From positions 2,331,745-2,395,744 of the forward strand of contig CM082591.2 in NCBI GenBank assembly GCA_040954595.2: 64,000 nucleotides of DNA. The letters run 5' to 3'. Under the pieces are notes generated by a model. It did no database searches and was not told where the DNA came from. It worked only from the letters and a program-made list of their open reading frames with translations. A program made the position numbers and the translations under genes. Positions within the stretch are counted from its first letter, which is position 1; every line of letters starts with the position of its first letter. Source of the DNA: Balanoglossus misakiensis. Its lineage: Eukaryota; Animalia; Hemichordata. Below, piece after piece: positions 9,607-33,530 of this stretch.

Positions 9607-12443
9607 TTAACTGGAGTCACTCGATGAATCAGAGCTTTCCTCGCTGCTCTCTTCACTACTCGACGACTGTGCAGGTCGTCCGACACTCCTCCAGGCCGTT
9701 CTCCTGCCGACGCCCCTCCAAGCGTTCTGCCCTGTTTGGCGATTCGGTATCCTAGGCAACCGCACACCGTCCTTAGCCATTGCCGTTGACGACACCGGCC
9801 TGCCTAGTTTCAGGTCGGACACCGTTTCATTTCTGAAAGTGGTGCCTTTCTTGTTCGCGGCCGTGCTGTACGATCTGTTCGTTGTCGCTGATGGTGCCGA
9901 TTTGGGGGACGGTTTGCCTCCGTGTGTGGTTTTCGATTGTGTGCGTTCTTGCGATTGCTGCTTAGCGTTTCCAGGATTGTCTTTCCTTTCAGATTGTGCT
10001 TCGGTTCTACCATTTTGATTGTCATGGCAACCATTTTCTACTATCTTTCCGTCAGAATCTTTATCATCACACTTCCCAGTGTCAGATTCGGAACAAATTT
10101 CCTCTGTTTTATCCTGAATCAATGAAATAAGAACAAATGTCAACAAATGAAAATTGTTATGAATGTATGTGAGTAAACTCATGCGTGTATACCATCTATG
10201 AAATCCTTCAGGAGACATTTCGCCACATTTTCTCAGCATTCATCCACTCACCTCTGTGCCTTCACATTCCTGTATCAGATCCTCCATGGCTTTCTTCCAC
10301 CCTAAGACTCGGGCGAACTTCTTCACACCGTCGACTATTTCTCCAATTTCGCTGACGTCGTTAAATCTTGCCTTCCTAACGAACGGACCCACTGATTGTC
10401 TGTTGATTAGAAGTCTGGGTATGTAGCTCCGTGAGGAGTCGACGATTCCGGCGAATGGATAAACCTACAAACGGAAAATACATGTACTCAGGAAATGTTT
10501 CACCTGTTTCCAGAAGCAATGAAAACACTATTCTAGAAAGAGATTGATCTGAAATACATGTAGTATGTTTGTAGCTCTACTCACCTCTAGAGAAGTCCCC
10601 ATAACAATAAGAAGATCACACTGGGGAAGGTCTTTCAGATAGTAGTAGAATCTCCGAGGTAAATCTTCACCAAAAAATACAATATCTGGTTTCACAATAC
10701 CCTGCAGATAAAAAAAAGAGTGTTTTTCTCTAATGGTGATGTGTCCATAAAATGTTACACATTTGTGCCCTTACTCAGTGGGGTGACTTTGCCAGCCATC
10801 AGTCACTTCACTACTTATCAAACAAAAATCAGATGAAAAGACTACAAATATGCAATTCAGACTGCTACTTACTGTACAGCTAGTTGATTTGCATCTAGGA
10901 ATTTTCCCACTGAAAATCTTGTCTTTGATGTCTTCTGTCTTGTGTTTCAGATCACATCGTATACAAGATGATGTCGCAAAAGTTCCATGTGCTTCCACTA
11001 ATTTAGAAGCCGGGATACCTGCCACTGTGCAACAAAAAAAATTAAAATAATGAAGTACAAAAATAATGATGTACTGATAAATACCAGGACACTCACTGAC
11101 TACAGGAATATTTCAAAACTACATAGGCCAGGGTCATCATACAACATCATATACTTACATCTCTCCAACCCATCTATATTCTGTGTATACATTCTCAGTA
11201 GAAGTCCTTTCTCGTGCAAGAGTCTCACAAAATAATGGACATAATTCGGTCTGTAGTTCCCAGGAAACAACTCCTTAGCTATTGTGAAGAACGGTCTCGC
11301 ATCTCGCTGTAAATAATCTATGTCGAATATTGCCTCCGGATAAGGGATCCTGTATTTTTGTAAATTATCATATAAGCCAGTTCCTGGTGATCTGTAAGAG
11401 ACAAAAGAATAGGTAAAACATCAATAATTCAAAGAGTACTGAGAAGGTTTTTAGACTAGACAGGGTTCAGTTTAGACAGGTTTTACTGTACCTGTATTTT
11501 GTAACCCGTCTGTGACTTAACGTTTTGTGTTTGCGCTATAAAGCATCTCAAATGTCATGCAACTGACATGTTATACTAGTATTCGGATACTCTAGTTTCA
11601 TATTTCAGTCTGACATCTCACACTGAATAAACATACTCCTTCCCCCAAGTCATAACAGCCACGTCTAAGCTCTGACGAGTGTTCACCTGAAATCTGGGAT
11701 GCCACTTGGCGTACTAATGCCAGCTCCAGCCATCACCACTATATTCCTGGCTCTCTTGTTTAAAATGACCCTGGCGATATCCTCTATCGTATTGCATTCT
11801 CCTTTCTTGGATGTGGAAGCAAATTTACGTGATTGAGAAACACTGTAATAGAAGAAAAGGTAAACGTTTGAGTGGAAATATCACACATAGTTGACAGGCT
11901 GCATTCAGTCAAGTCAACAAAGTCTTCCATCATTATGATAGGAAACAGATCTTACCTGACTCCTCCTCTCTGATTGTTCTCTTGTAGTTTTAACTTTTGA
12001 AACGCCGCAGCAATGTTACTATCAGACTTGCTGTGCCGGGCATTTTTCTTGTTGGTGGGAGTTGAAGCGGTCGATCTGACTTGTCTGGTCAGTGGTTTGC
12101 TCTGTCGTATTATACTGGACTTGGGACGCGGTGGTGGAACGGGAACTGTGGGGAAATAAACATTAGTATGAAAGCTTGTACAGTAAATTATGAAAGTAAA
12201 TGTACACCTGTCAAAGTCCGGAAGGGAAATAGACATGACCGGTTTGGTTGATTTCAGTGTCGTTTGCATTAAACATGACTTCGATTTCATCCCTACCTTT
12301 AGTCAAAACATGGTGTTTCTTCTAACTAATCACACGCTGACACCAGACCATGGACGTAAATGACCAGACAGAATTTTGTAAGGACCGAGATTGTAGCAAC
12401 CGTGGAATTTTGACTTACCTTTGCCAAGGGTAGAAGTTGCCAT
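9607..12443 (-). CDS. SIRT3: NAD-dependent protein deacetylase, sirtuin-3 type (about 530 aa) with a long C-terminal extension
   Basis: Exons (minus): 12443-12419, 12145-11956, 11842-11687, 11391-11159, 11024-10873, 10701-10585, 10464-10252, 10113-9607 (sum 1593 nt). Motifs: [119 protein letters not shown] and [14 protein letters not shown] are SIRT3-like rather than SIRT1/2-like. The short first exon is the least certain part. Confidence 0.88.
11464..11490 (-). mobile_element. Solo terminal-inverted-repeat relic of a TA|CAGT-type MITE
   Basis: Reverse complement tacagtaaaacctgtctaaactgaacc matches 25160-25186 (tacagtcgaacctgtctaaactgaacc) at 25/27 positions. Confidence 0.5.
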
Positions 12444-12600
12444 CGTCCCGTACGAGAATAACTTCAATATCCGCATTTATAGATACACTCACGTATGTTT
12501 TCAAGAAATAAATCTACATTAGCACAAAGCACACGCTTAGAATGCCCCCGATTTATCGTTAGATGCATATTTGTTGCAAAAACAGAAAAAGATATCGTGT

Positions 12601-12645
12601 TTTGATTGGCAAACAAACACAACCATAGTCAGCCATTTTGAATAA
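12601..12645 (-). promoter_or_regulatory. SIRT3 promoter-proximal motifs
   Basis: CCAAT box (TGATTGG, 12603-12609) and YY1-like GCCATTTTG (12632-12640), about 160-200 bp upstream of the predicted ATG. Confidence 0.35.
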
Positions 12646-13079
12646 GACTCCCTGGTATTTTTCTAAAGCAAAATAAGACCCCTCAAGTGTGGCAATATTG
12701 TACGTGACGACACAACAGGGGAAGCGCCACATACGACGATTGTTGCAAAACTATACACTTTCTTTTTCTCTCCCAATACTATTTATACAACAATTATCGT
12801 CACTCCAAAACGGATATCGAATGAGTGAGTGTAATAACCCTATCACCACCATGACGTGGTCGGAAAAGTTGAACCTCTCGCATATACATTTGTATCCATG
12901 GTATAATAATTGCAATATGTATTATGGAAATATATTTGTTAATCAAACATAAAGAAAATTTAAATTTGGCTGCCAAGTAACCCGGGAGTTTATCAATGTA
13001 TCGTCATCTCGGTCAAGGCCGTGTAAAGTTGCAATCTTCTATCTGTGAAGATATTGGTGTATTCACTCCAAATGCACAT

Positions 13080-13391
13080 ATTATATCATACCAGTATATT
13101 GATGGTGTAAATCACGCTATTTGATTGGTCGAGACACGACACGTGACCGTGATATATTAGCCATATACCACAGTCATATATCATAGTCAAAGAAAATGCC
13201 TTTTTAAAATGTTTTATGCAAAGTTTCAATATACTGGCATAATATAATAGCAATAAAACACCCCCAGCCATGGTATACCACTCGATTTTGACCAGTTCAA
13301 CTCCATATACGCACTCGCTATCGCTCGTGCGTATATGTCGTGAACTGGTCAAAATCTCGTGGTATACCATGGCTGGGGGTGTTTTATTGCT
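13080..13391. mobile_element. Double-hairpin non-autonomous element (possibly Crypton-associated)
   Basis: Two abutting inverted repeats: 13080-13248 (attatatcataccagtatattga...tcaatatactggcataatataat) and 13249-13391 (agcaataaaacacccccagccatggtataccac...gtggtataccatggctgggggtgttttattgct, near-perfect palindrome). The family assignment is inference only. Confidence 0.65.
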
Positions 13392-14369
13392 TAATTCCAC
13401 CTGCATGGGGTAATCTGTTTGTCCAGAAAGACCATTGTCGAGACAAGCGTTGACTCAACTATTATTATGAGGCACCATTGTTTCGAGACATGTTTGTGGA
13501 GGTAGTTGTCGTGACCTTAGGAAGCACGGGTCATGTGGACAAAGTTCAGAAAACTGTCCTCCTACAATAACACAGAAGTCTTTCTGTATGATCTCAACAT
13601 GTGTGCATTCTTTGACTTGCATACTAGTATATGCAATGTTCTGTGTACAACAGACCGGATATACATTGAGAATGTACTGAGTACAAACTCCCACACTCTT
13701 CTAAACTATGTTTGGCTATTAGTAAGAGTGTTCCCACGAATTCCTTTATACACGCGTCTCTCAGTGGTAGACGATGATGATAGCGGTGGTGGTGGTGGTG
13801 GTGGTGATGATGATGCTGGATTTTTATCGGCTACCGTTCGTTTTTGGTGAAATAAAGAACTTGTAAAATGCGCTTATAATAAAAACCCACTGATCACATG
13901 TCTTTGTTCTGTTCAAAAACAACTGTTTTCATCTAATCTCTCAAGTAGTTCGCATTTTATTTATTTATTTGGGGTCTAGTACGCACGCGTATTCTTATTT
14001 TCGCGAAGAAGAGTTTTGGCATACCCATTCTGTCGACTGTCTATTGTTCGGTGGATGTTTTATTGGATTTCATGGTCCGTAAAATCGAGAATAGGGGTGT
14101 TTAATAAGAAAAGAAGCACAAAAGGTACAAAACGCGGGTCAACCTCCCCTACAAATATAAACTGTACGTGTTAAGCAGTAAAATTGGGTTTGTGTACAAG
14201 TAAATATTCATTGACGGTGCATTCATGATGATTGTAAGCAGTTCCTACACTTTTTTTTTCCCCATGTGTTTGCATTTTTTGCTACACTTTAGGCCAAATA
14301 TCCAGCTTCAGTAAAAATCATACACTTCTTATATAAATTCGAGCTTTCTTTTTTCCCCTTCTAGATATT

Positions 14370-15737
14370 TAGGGCCCAAGCCAAGCAGGCTTGGGCCCTA
14401 TTGGTATTACTGGCTTTTTTCTTCTTCTTCTTCAGTCGTTTTTTCGGCCAGCTAGATCTGGAAAACGGCTGAACCTACAAATTTCAAAGTTGGCACAGTG
14501 GTGCAGGCCTATGAGAGCATGATCTGTACCCTTGTGAATGTTTAATAAGTCACGTGACCTGATGACCATATATGGGCAAATTTTTCAAATTGGCCTAATT
14601 TGCATATGAATTGAGATATCAAAATTCTGTTAAGATACTTTGTGGACCATGTGGTCAGTGTCCTACATGCCAAATTTCAAGGCCGTGGGCCAAGTCCATT
14701 ATGAGAAGAAGATTTTTAAGTATTATTTTTCATATTTTTCGCCCAAGCCATGGGCCTATACTTCACATAGTTAAGCTATGACCACATATTATTTTGGATA
14801 AATATACATACATATCTCAAAATCTGTTCAGCCGATCAACTCCAACTTTGGTGTGCAGCTAGCCTAGCATTTGTCAATCATTTTAAGCGAAAAAAAATAA
14901 TATGAAAAATCAACCGATTTTTTTATATTAATTTTTATATTAAATTTATACCTTTAGTTATACCTCCATAGTTAAGCTATGTCCACGTTTTATTGTGGAA
15001 TTCTGGTCTGTGCAATGGTTCTGTAAAGTGGCTGTCTTTTGGCCAGTGAGCAGAATGGGACCGAAATAAAAGGCAATATTTTGGGCTCACCTGTAACACC
15101 TGCTTAACTCATTAATTATGTACATACCTAATTCCGGGGTAACTAATAGGGCTAGAGGTTTCGTTCTTGTGGGACATGGACCAGTATTGGGTCAATAATT
15201 TTTTCCCAAATTTTGGGTGACCTCAGGTGACCTTTGACCTACTTTCCTATATCTCGGCACCCAGAGCAGGTACAGACTTGGCGTTTGGAGGGTTGGGACT
15301 AAAATTGAAAAGCCAAGATGGGGGTCACCTGTGACACCTGCATATCTCATTAATTATGTGCATACCTAATTCCAGGCTAACCAATAGGGTTAGAGGTTTG
15401 ATTTTTGTTTAACATGGACCAGTATGGAGTCAAAATTTCTTGCCCAAATTTTGGGTGACCTCAGGTGACCTTTGACCTACTTTACCATATCTTGGCATCC
15501 ACAGCAGATACAGCCTTGGCATTTGGAGGGATGGAACTCCTGATGGAGCCTTACACTTTACCTCATTAATTATGCGCATACCTAATTGTAGGCGAACCAA
15601 TTGGGCTAGAGATTTTGTTCTTGTGGGACATGGAGCAGTATGGGGTCAAAATTTCTTGCCCAAATATTAGGTGACCACTTATGACCTTTGACCTTCGGCT
15701 TAAGCTTGGGCCCGTCATCGCTGCTTGCAGCTATATT
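14370..15737. mobile_element. Helentron/HINE (DINE-1-like) non-autonomous element with internal tandem repeats
   Basis: Terminal hairpin tagggcccaagcc/ggcttgggcccta (14370-14400) followed by a short (CTT)n tract. Subterminal inverted copy gcttgggccc at 15704-15713, then gctgcttgcagctatattt. Both flanks are T-rich. About 2.5 internal repeats of roughly 240 bp. Confidence 0.65.
15083..15693. repeat. Tandem repeat of about 240 bp (about 2.5 copies) inside the HINE-like element
   Basis: The blocks ctcattaattatg(t/c)(a/g)catacctaatt...acatgga(c/g)cagta...ggtgacc...tgacctttgacct recur at about 15108, 15346 and 15562. Confidence 0.85.
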
Positions 15738-16924
15738 TTTCCATTGTATTTGAAATTTTGGGATGCCCGGGGATCCAGGGACTGTTGCTAGTAGCAACAC
15801 CCGATAAAATATGTAATGCATAATGCATGCTTGTTTCTGACAAGAGAGACCCCGTGGGGAGTTCTGTGGGGACACATGTCATTTGCAGGCACACGTTTTT
15901 TCAAAGTCCCATGAGGCGAAAAGACCACAACAGTTTACCGGTTCTATGCCATGTCATTTTCCATGTTCTATCCGAACTTACCCTGGTGGTCGTGACTACC
16001 AGGCCGTACCGCTATATATAATGGCGTAATCAAATGACACATTTGTCGACATTTTAATATGCTGTCACACTGCGCCTCACTTGATTGACAGCAATTTGTG
16101 TATTTTGCCACTGCTCGGAATGTTGACACAGCGCTTTGTCTAAATGACCTCGTTAATCACCCTCCCCGCCCTCTCCACAAATCTCACCATATTTTGAATC
16201 TATCTCCCGTTCTATTGTCGAGAGAAAGAGCTTTGTGCGACGTTCACTCTTTTGTGAGTGGCGTTTCGTGAAGCCTTTTATATTTGCAACATTTTTTTTG
16301 TCCGCCATTCTCGACACGAAAGTGGGTAGGACTGAAAACTGAACAGCATGGGGGCAATAAATCGCATAGCTCGCCCTTTCTTACACAATACTTCAATGTT
16401 CGCATTGCTTGGATATATACCACTATTGTTGCAGCGAAGTCAATCACTTTGACAAGGAGTGGTCACGTGACGAGAATCCTGGCACTTAATTGGCAAGTAT
16501 TGACACAGGAGGTGGTTTCTACTGCCACCCATGAAGTCGACTGGTAACACCTCGGAGACTTTTTTCTGCGGCCGCACTAACTAAAAGTAGTTCTCCTTAT
16601 TCCAAACCTCTTATCATCAGATCTGCAAATATTCCTCATTATCGACACATTTTAATCATATTGAACTCATGCATTCGGTTTTGTTATCCAATTTCATTTG
16701 CTCTTTGCCGCAATTCGTCGAATTATAATTGCGCATTGATACAAAGTTGAACTCTCAAGATATAGTTCGCCAGGTGCAATAGAGTCGAATCAATTTACAT
16801 AGTACGAATACAATCAGGACTTATTATCGACGGAGTTTTCTCGACTCGTAGGTTAAGATCTTAACCGCCTTCATGAATTTAAGAAGTTGATGGTCGGTCG
16901 GTGAAGCCCCCATATTCAGCCAAC

Positions 16925-29403
<12,479 letters not shown>

Positions 29404-30016
29404 TCGTTCCTCGCAGAGCGTTTTTTGTCCAGCCACTGTCAAGTAGAACCCGTACTCCCACTAGTCAACCAGGACTGTTTCCATAGAGATAGAAAAAAAA
29501 GTCATAAAAACGCCACATTAGATTGTTGGCACTTGTACTTAAAAAGACAATTACATGATGCACCATGGGTAATATACATTGCCATGGTAACGCTGTACAG
29601 AGCTCTTACATTTGTAATATAATTAAACTCAAAAGGTAAAGAATTTATTGTAATTTAAAAAATCTATACACTTGTATGTAAAATAAGATGACAGTTTGAA
29701 TGCCTCTTGATGTTTTTACCAAAGGTAACTTTATTTTATTTTTCTTTGTCAGGGGGAGTTATTTTTGTTTGTGTGATGTCAGTTCACGGATTTGTTGTGT
29801 ATCATACGGCATTATCAGATTTGCTTTGCATGGTCATGTGTGGCGTGACGATTTTCTGCATTCTTGACATTGTCTATATTGTCATCTCGGCTTTGCGTGT
29901 AAATGGCAATGGCGATGTTTTTAGTGTCCGTGGCACTCCTACTGTACTTAATCCTTCCAGTGGCTCAGATACTTATGACCTGTTGTTAATTTCATTGTGT
30001 GACCAGCCCAGATATG

Positions 30017-30143
30017 TCATTCATTCATTCATTCATTCATTCATTCATTCATTCATTCATTCATTCAGTCAGTCAGTCATTCATTTGTTCGTTCGTTCGT
30101 TCGTTCGTTCGTCCGTTCATTCATTCATGGATCCATTCATTCA
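30017..30143. repeat. Compound (TCAT)n/(CAGT)n/(TCGT)n microsatellite downstream of the LRP5/6 stop (probable 3' UTR)
   Basis: Visible directly. Confidence 0.95.
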
Positions 30144-33023
30144 CTGAATTTCATTTCACCTATACACAGTCGAAACCCAGTATTCTGCTATTCATCTAAA
30201 GTATTGCATCGCTGCGAACAAAACTGTCTGCATGAAGAAAAATTGTCCTTTACATGTAAAATCACTCTGTCACCTCATGTAACATTAATTGTCATGTGCT
30301 TCAAAGTCAGGTGTGTTAGTGTTATACCTTGTATACGATTCTTAATTTCAAAACATGCACTATCAATTTCTACCAGATTTACCATGAAATACTCGTCATA
30401 GGCTTACAAACTCTTACAAGGAATATTCTGTCGTATTCGACATATTACAAGTACTTGTTTGAATTTTCTCAAGTATAGTGCTGGTACAACCTATATCATG
30501 TAAGGGAAGTTATCAAAACATGATACTGTATATATATACACACATCTAGCATTCAGAAATGTTATTAGCAGGTACTACAGAGTCCCAGAGTTCTTGTGAA
30601 AGTATAAAACCTTCTTAACTTTTGTCACAAAAGACATTTTTTTCAGTATTTCAGTTTCGATCATATATATAAAGTGGGATTACTCAACAGCTATAATGTC
30701 CCATTGGTTTAGTGTTCCATGATATTCTAGGCAGCTTGTTAGTCTTTGTAAGACAAAACAAAACAGAAACTACATCAGTGGTGATATATAACTAAAGCAG
30801 CAGTAATTGTAAAGCAGAGAACAGCCAAACTTTTATGGCAAATGCCATACTTTTTAACAGCCATGCTTGCATGGTTAAACGCCGTACTTTGTTAATTTAT
30901 AAGCCCTTACACACCACTCCGCTCATTGTCAATGACAATGATGGACTCTACACAGGAATAGGTGTTGAAAGGGAGCTCCTCATATTTCAACAGATATGAA
31001 TCAAATTTTAGGGGCAGTTTCACATATTGTACCGTTATTTGACGTCACTGCCCACTTGTGCTATACGACTGAAGTGAATGTGTTCATGGAAAGGATTGCG
31101 TTCTAATTCCCAATATGTCTGCTTTCCTCCAATTGTAAATTTGTAATGGCTTGAAACGCAGCTGTTGATTGGCTTTACCGACTTCTCAAAACCATTAAAT
31201 ATTTTCTAGATTTTAAAGAAGGCTTCTGTCCACTGCTGCATTGCAATTTATGTTTTTTTCCTGAAGATGCACAAATCCCTCCCCTTTTTATTTTGTTAGT
31301 GTTTGTCTTCATTATACAAAGTCACAACGAGTTGTTTGTTATGCCAGTTCACCATTGGAGAGTTCATTTTCGTGGAATTTTCACAGACATTTGATTTTGA
31401 GGCAGGTTTGCAAATATTTCAGTGGCAAATTTTGCAGATGTTTGAAAATTTAACCCTTTCACCCCCAGTTCCCTCTTTAGAGGTCCAACCTCACCATAGA
31501 AAATAATGGGTTTTGGACTGAACCATGGCGGTGGAAGGGGTGAAGAGAGAAAGCAGCGGACTTGACAGGGTATATGTCCACGCTTGGTGCAGCTGTATAC
31601 CTTAACTGAATCAGCATTATTTCGTAGACGTCAATTGATGAGATAGATTATATTTTGCCGTCGCACGGTCGGTTGCGGACTGGAAAGTGTCCAATAAAGA
31701 GAAATCTGTTAATTACATGTATTATGTTAGTATCCCAAGTTGTCCAGTTGGCTGGGTGCTTTCATTCAGAGACTTCGACTGTAAGCACATTTTGAAAACA
31801 CTTTCCCAAGATTGTATCGGACCCAAGCGAACTTTGCATATATATGACAAAGATATTTTATTGCTCAAGTCTTTTGTAAAATATTTCTCCGTAGGCATGA
31901 ATTGCTAGAACTCATTAAAATTTATACTTAAATATTTTATAAGAAAAGTTGTCCAGTGAATGTTTATGGTGTGTGTGTGGGAATAGTTGAGTATGGTATT
32001 TGCGTATGCAAATGTACCATTGGACAATTCATTGTGTCACTGTAGGAGCGCATGCGTGTAGTTTTTTTACTCTGATTGGCTGGCCACTGCCTTACAAGTT
32101 AGAAACACGTTTGATTGGATGATTACACCTGGCTTGGATACAGTGTTTATCACGTTGTCAGCCACGTGGATTCTGCTGGCTGGCTGGTTGGCCTCAGTTC
32201 GATTACCTTGGTGCGGAGAGCTGACGGTCGGATATTATTATATGGCTACATTATCGATAATTTGTTTCAATCGTCGTAAATGACTAGCCTCTTTACGGCA
32301 AATACGTTGCCGGAGCAACCGCACGTGTTACCGACGAGTGGCATTGTGGGAAGTGAAGCCAAGGCGCACGTGGTCCCTCTCTGAGATTTGCGGTCGGATG
32401 CGAAACAGTGGTGCTGAACAAGAAGACGAAGAATGTGAACGATTTCTGCGTTTTGACGAAGACCACGATGCAGTATAGTAAACAAACATTCGCCTGAGTA
32501 CCTCGGCAACATCGTCAAACCGGTATGTACTGTTCTGTTTTCATATTCCGACAGAAAACCACGGAGTGATCGACTGCCTCATTGCTTGTATAGTTTTTGT
32601 GTGTTACAATTGCATTCAGCAAATTGATATCTTCATAAAAAGCAGTCTGGGCCCTTTCAGCACGCCTTTAAATTGTTACTCGGTCACTCAGCGACAACTA
32701 AATGTAACACACGCTAAAATACACTCACAGCAGAGCGTTGCTGCGACTGGCAGCTATCCTCAAGTTTTCATTTGTTTCCCGAGTTGCTTCTTAAAGACTC
32801 AACTCTCCCTAAAACAGTCAGACCACCGAGTGACATTGAGTGTAAAAACTGTGGCCCCTTTCTCGTGGTCCGACCGATGGGCATACACATACTTCCGAGC
32901 AAAACTACGCCATCTACATGTACAGTCAAATTTGATAATCGTGCACGTGGTGAGTGATCAGCCGATGAATAAGCCGGGTGAATGAGAGAGGGCGATTTTG
33001 CATGAATCAGTTTTACGACGCGA

Positions 33024-33087
33024 AATAAAAATAATAGATAATCTATAAAAAACAGTTTAGCTTAAATAAACTTTTATTTCAAATAAA
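33024..33087. terminator. Cluster of poly(A) signals on both strands between the convergent genes
   Basis: AATAAA on plus at 33024, 33065 and 33082; TTTATT (AATAAA on minus) at 33073-33078, about 450 bp after the stop of the Fz-Ig gene. Confidence 0.5.
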
Positions 33088-33530
33088 ATGTCGATATTAC
33101 GTAACGTGTGAAATGTGTGTAACACTAAATACCCGTTTGTTTTAATAAAAAAACACAAAACAATAGTAACATTGTCGAGAGAGTGAGAGGTAAAGTGTTG
33201 GAGGCCTTTGTTCAAATTACTAGGCATATGTATACATAGATGCAGTCCAGACTATTGGAGTGTATGGCGATGGTGACTTGGAACCAACTCCAAGCATCCT
33301 TGAGGCTAACGCAGAAACAAATTTTTGAACTTACATGATCTACCATTTCTAGTTTTATCTCTAAGTGTACAGTAAGTAAGTTCCTCCACCATAGGAAGTA
33401 CTGTGATAACCAACACTTGCCCTGAATATATCGGACTTTAGTAAAAAAAAAGATATGGTTAAAATAAATGGTTTAGTAGTAAAATACATTGGCATTTAAA
33501 AAAGTAAAGGTTCCTTGAAAAGAAAAGTTC

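Noticed and set aside
13086-13406. 106 aa ORF spanning the palindrome
   Set aside because: A by-product of the inverted-repeat element with no protein-like features.
29707-30147. 146 aa hydrophobic ORF downstream of LRP5/6
   Set aside because: Starts at TTG in a T/G-rich UTR-like sequence and ends in a microsatellite; the hydrophobicity follows from base composition.
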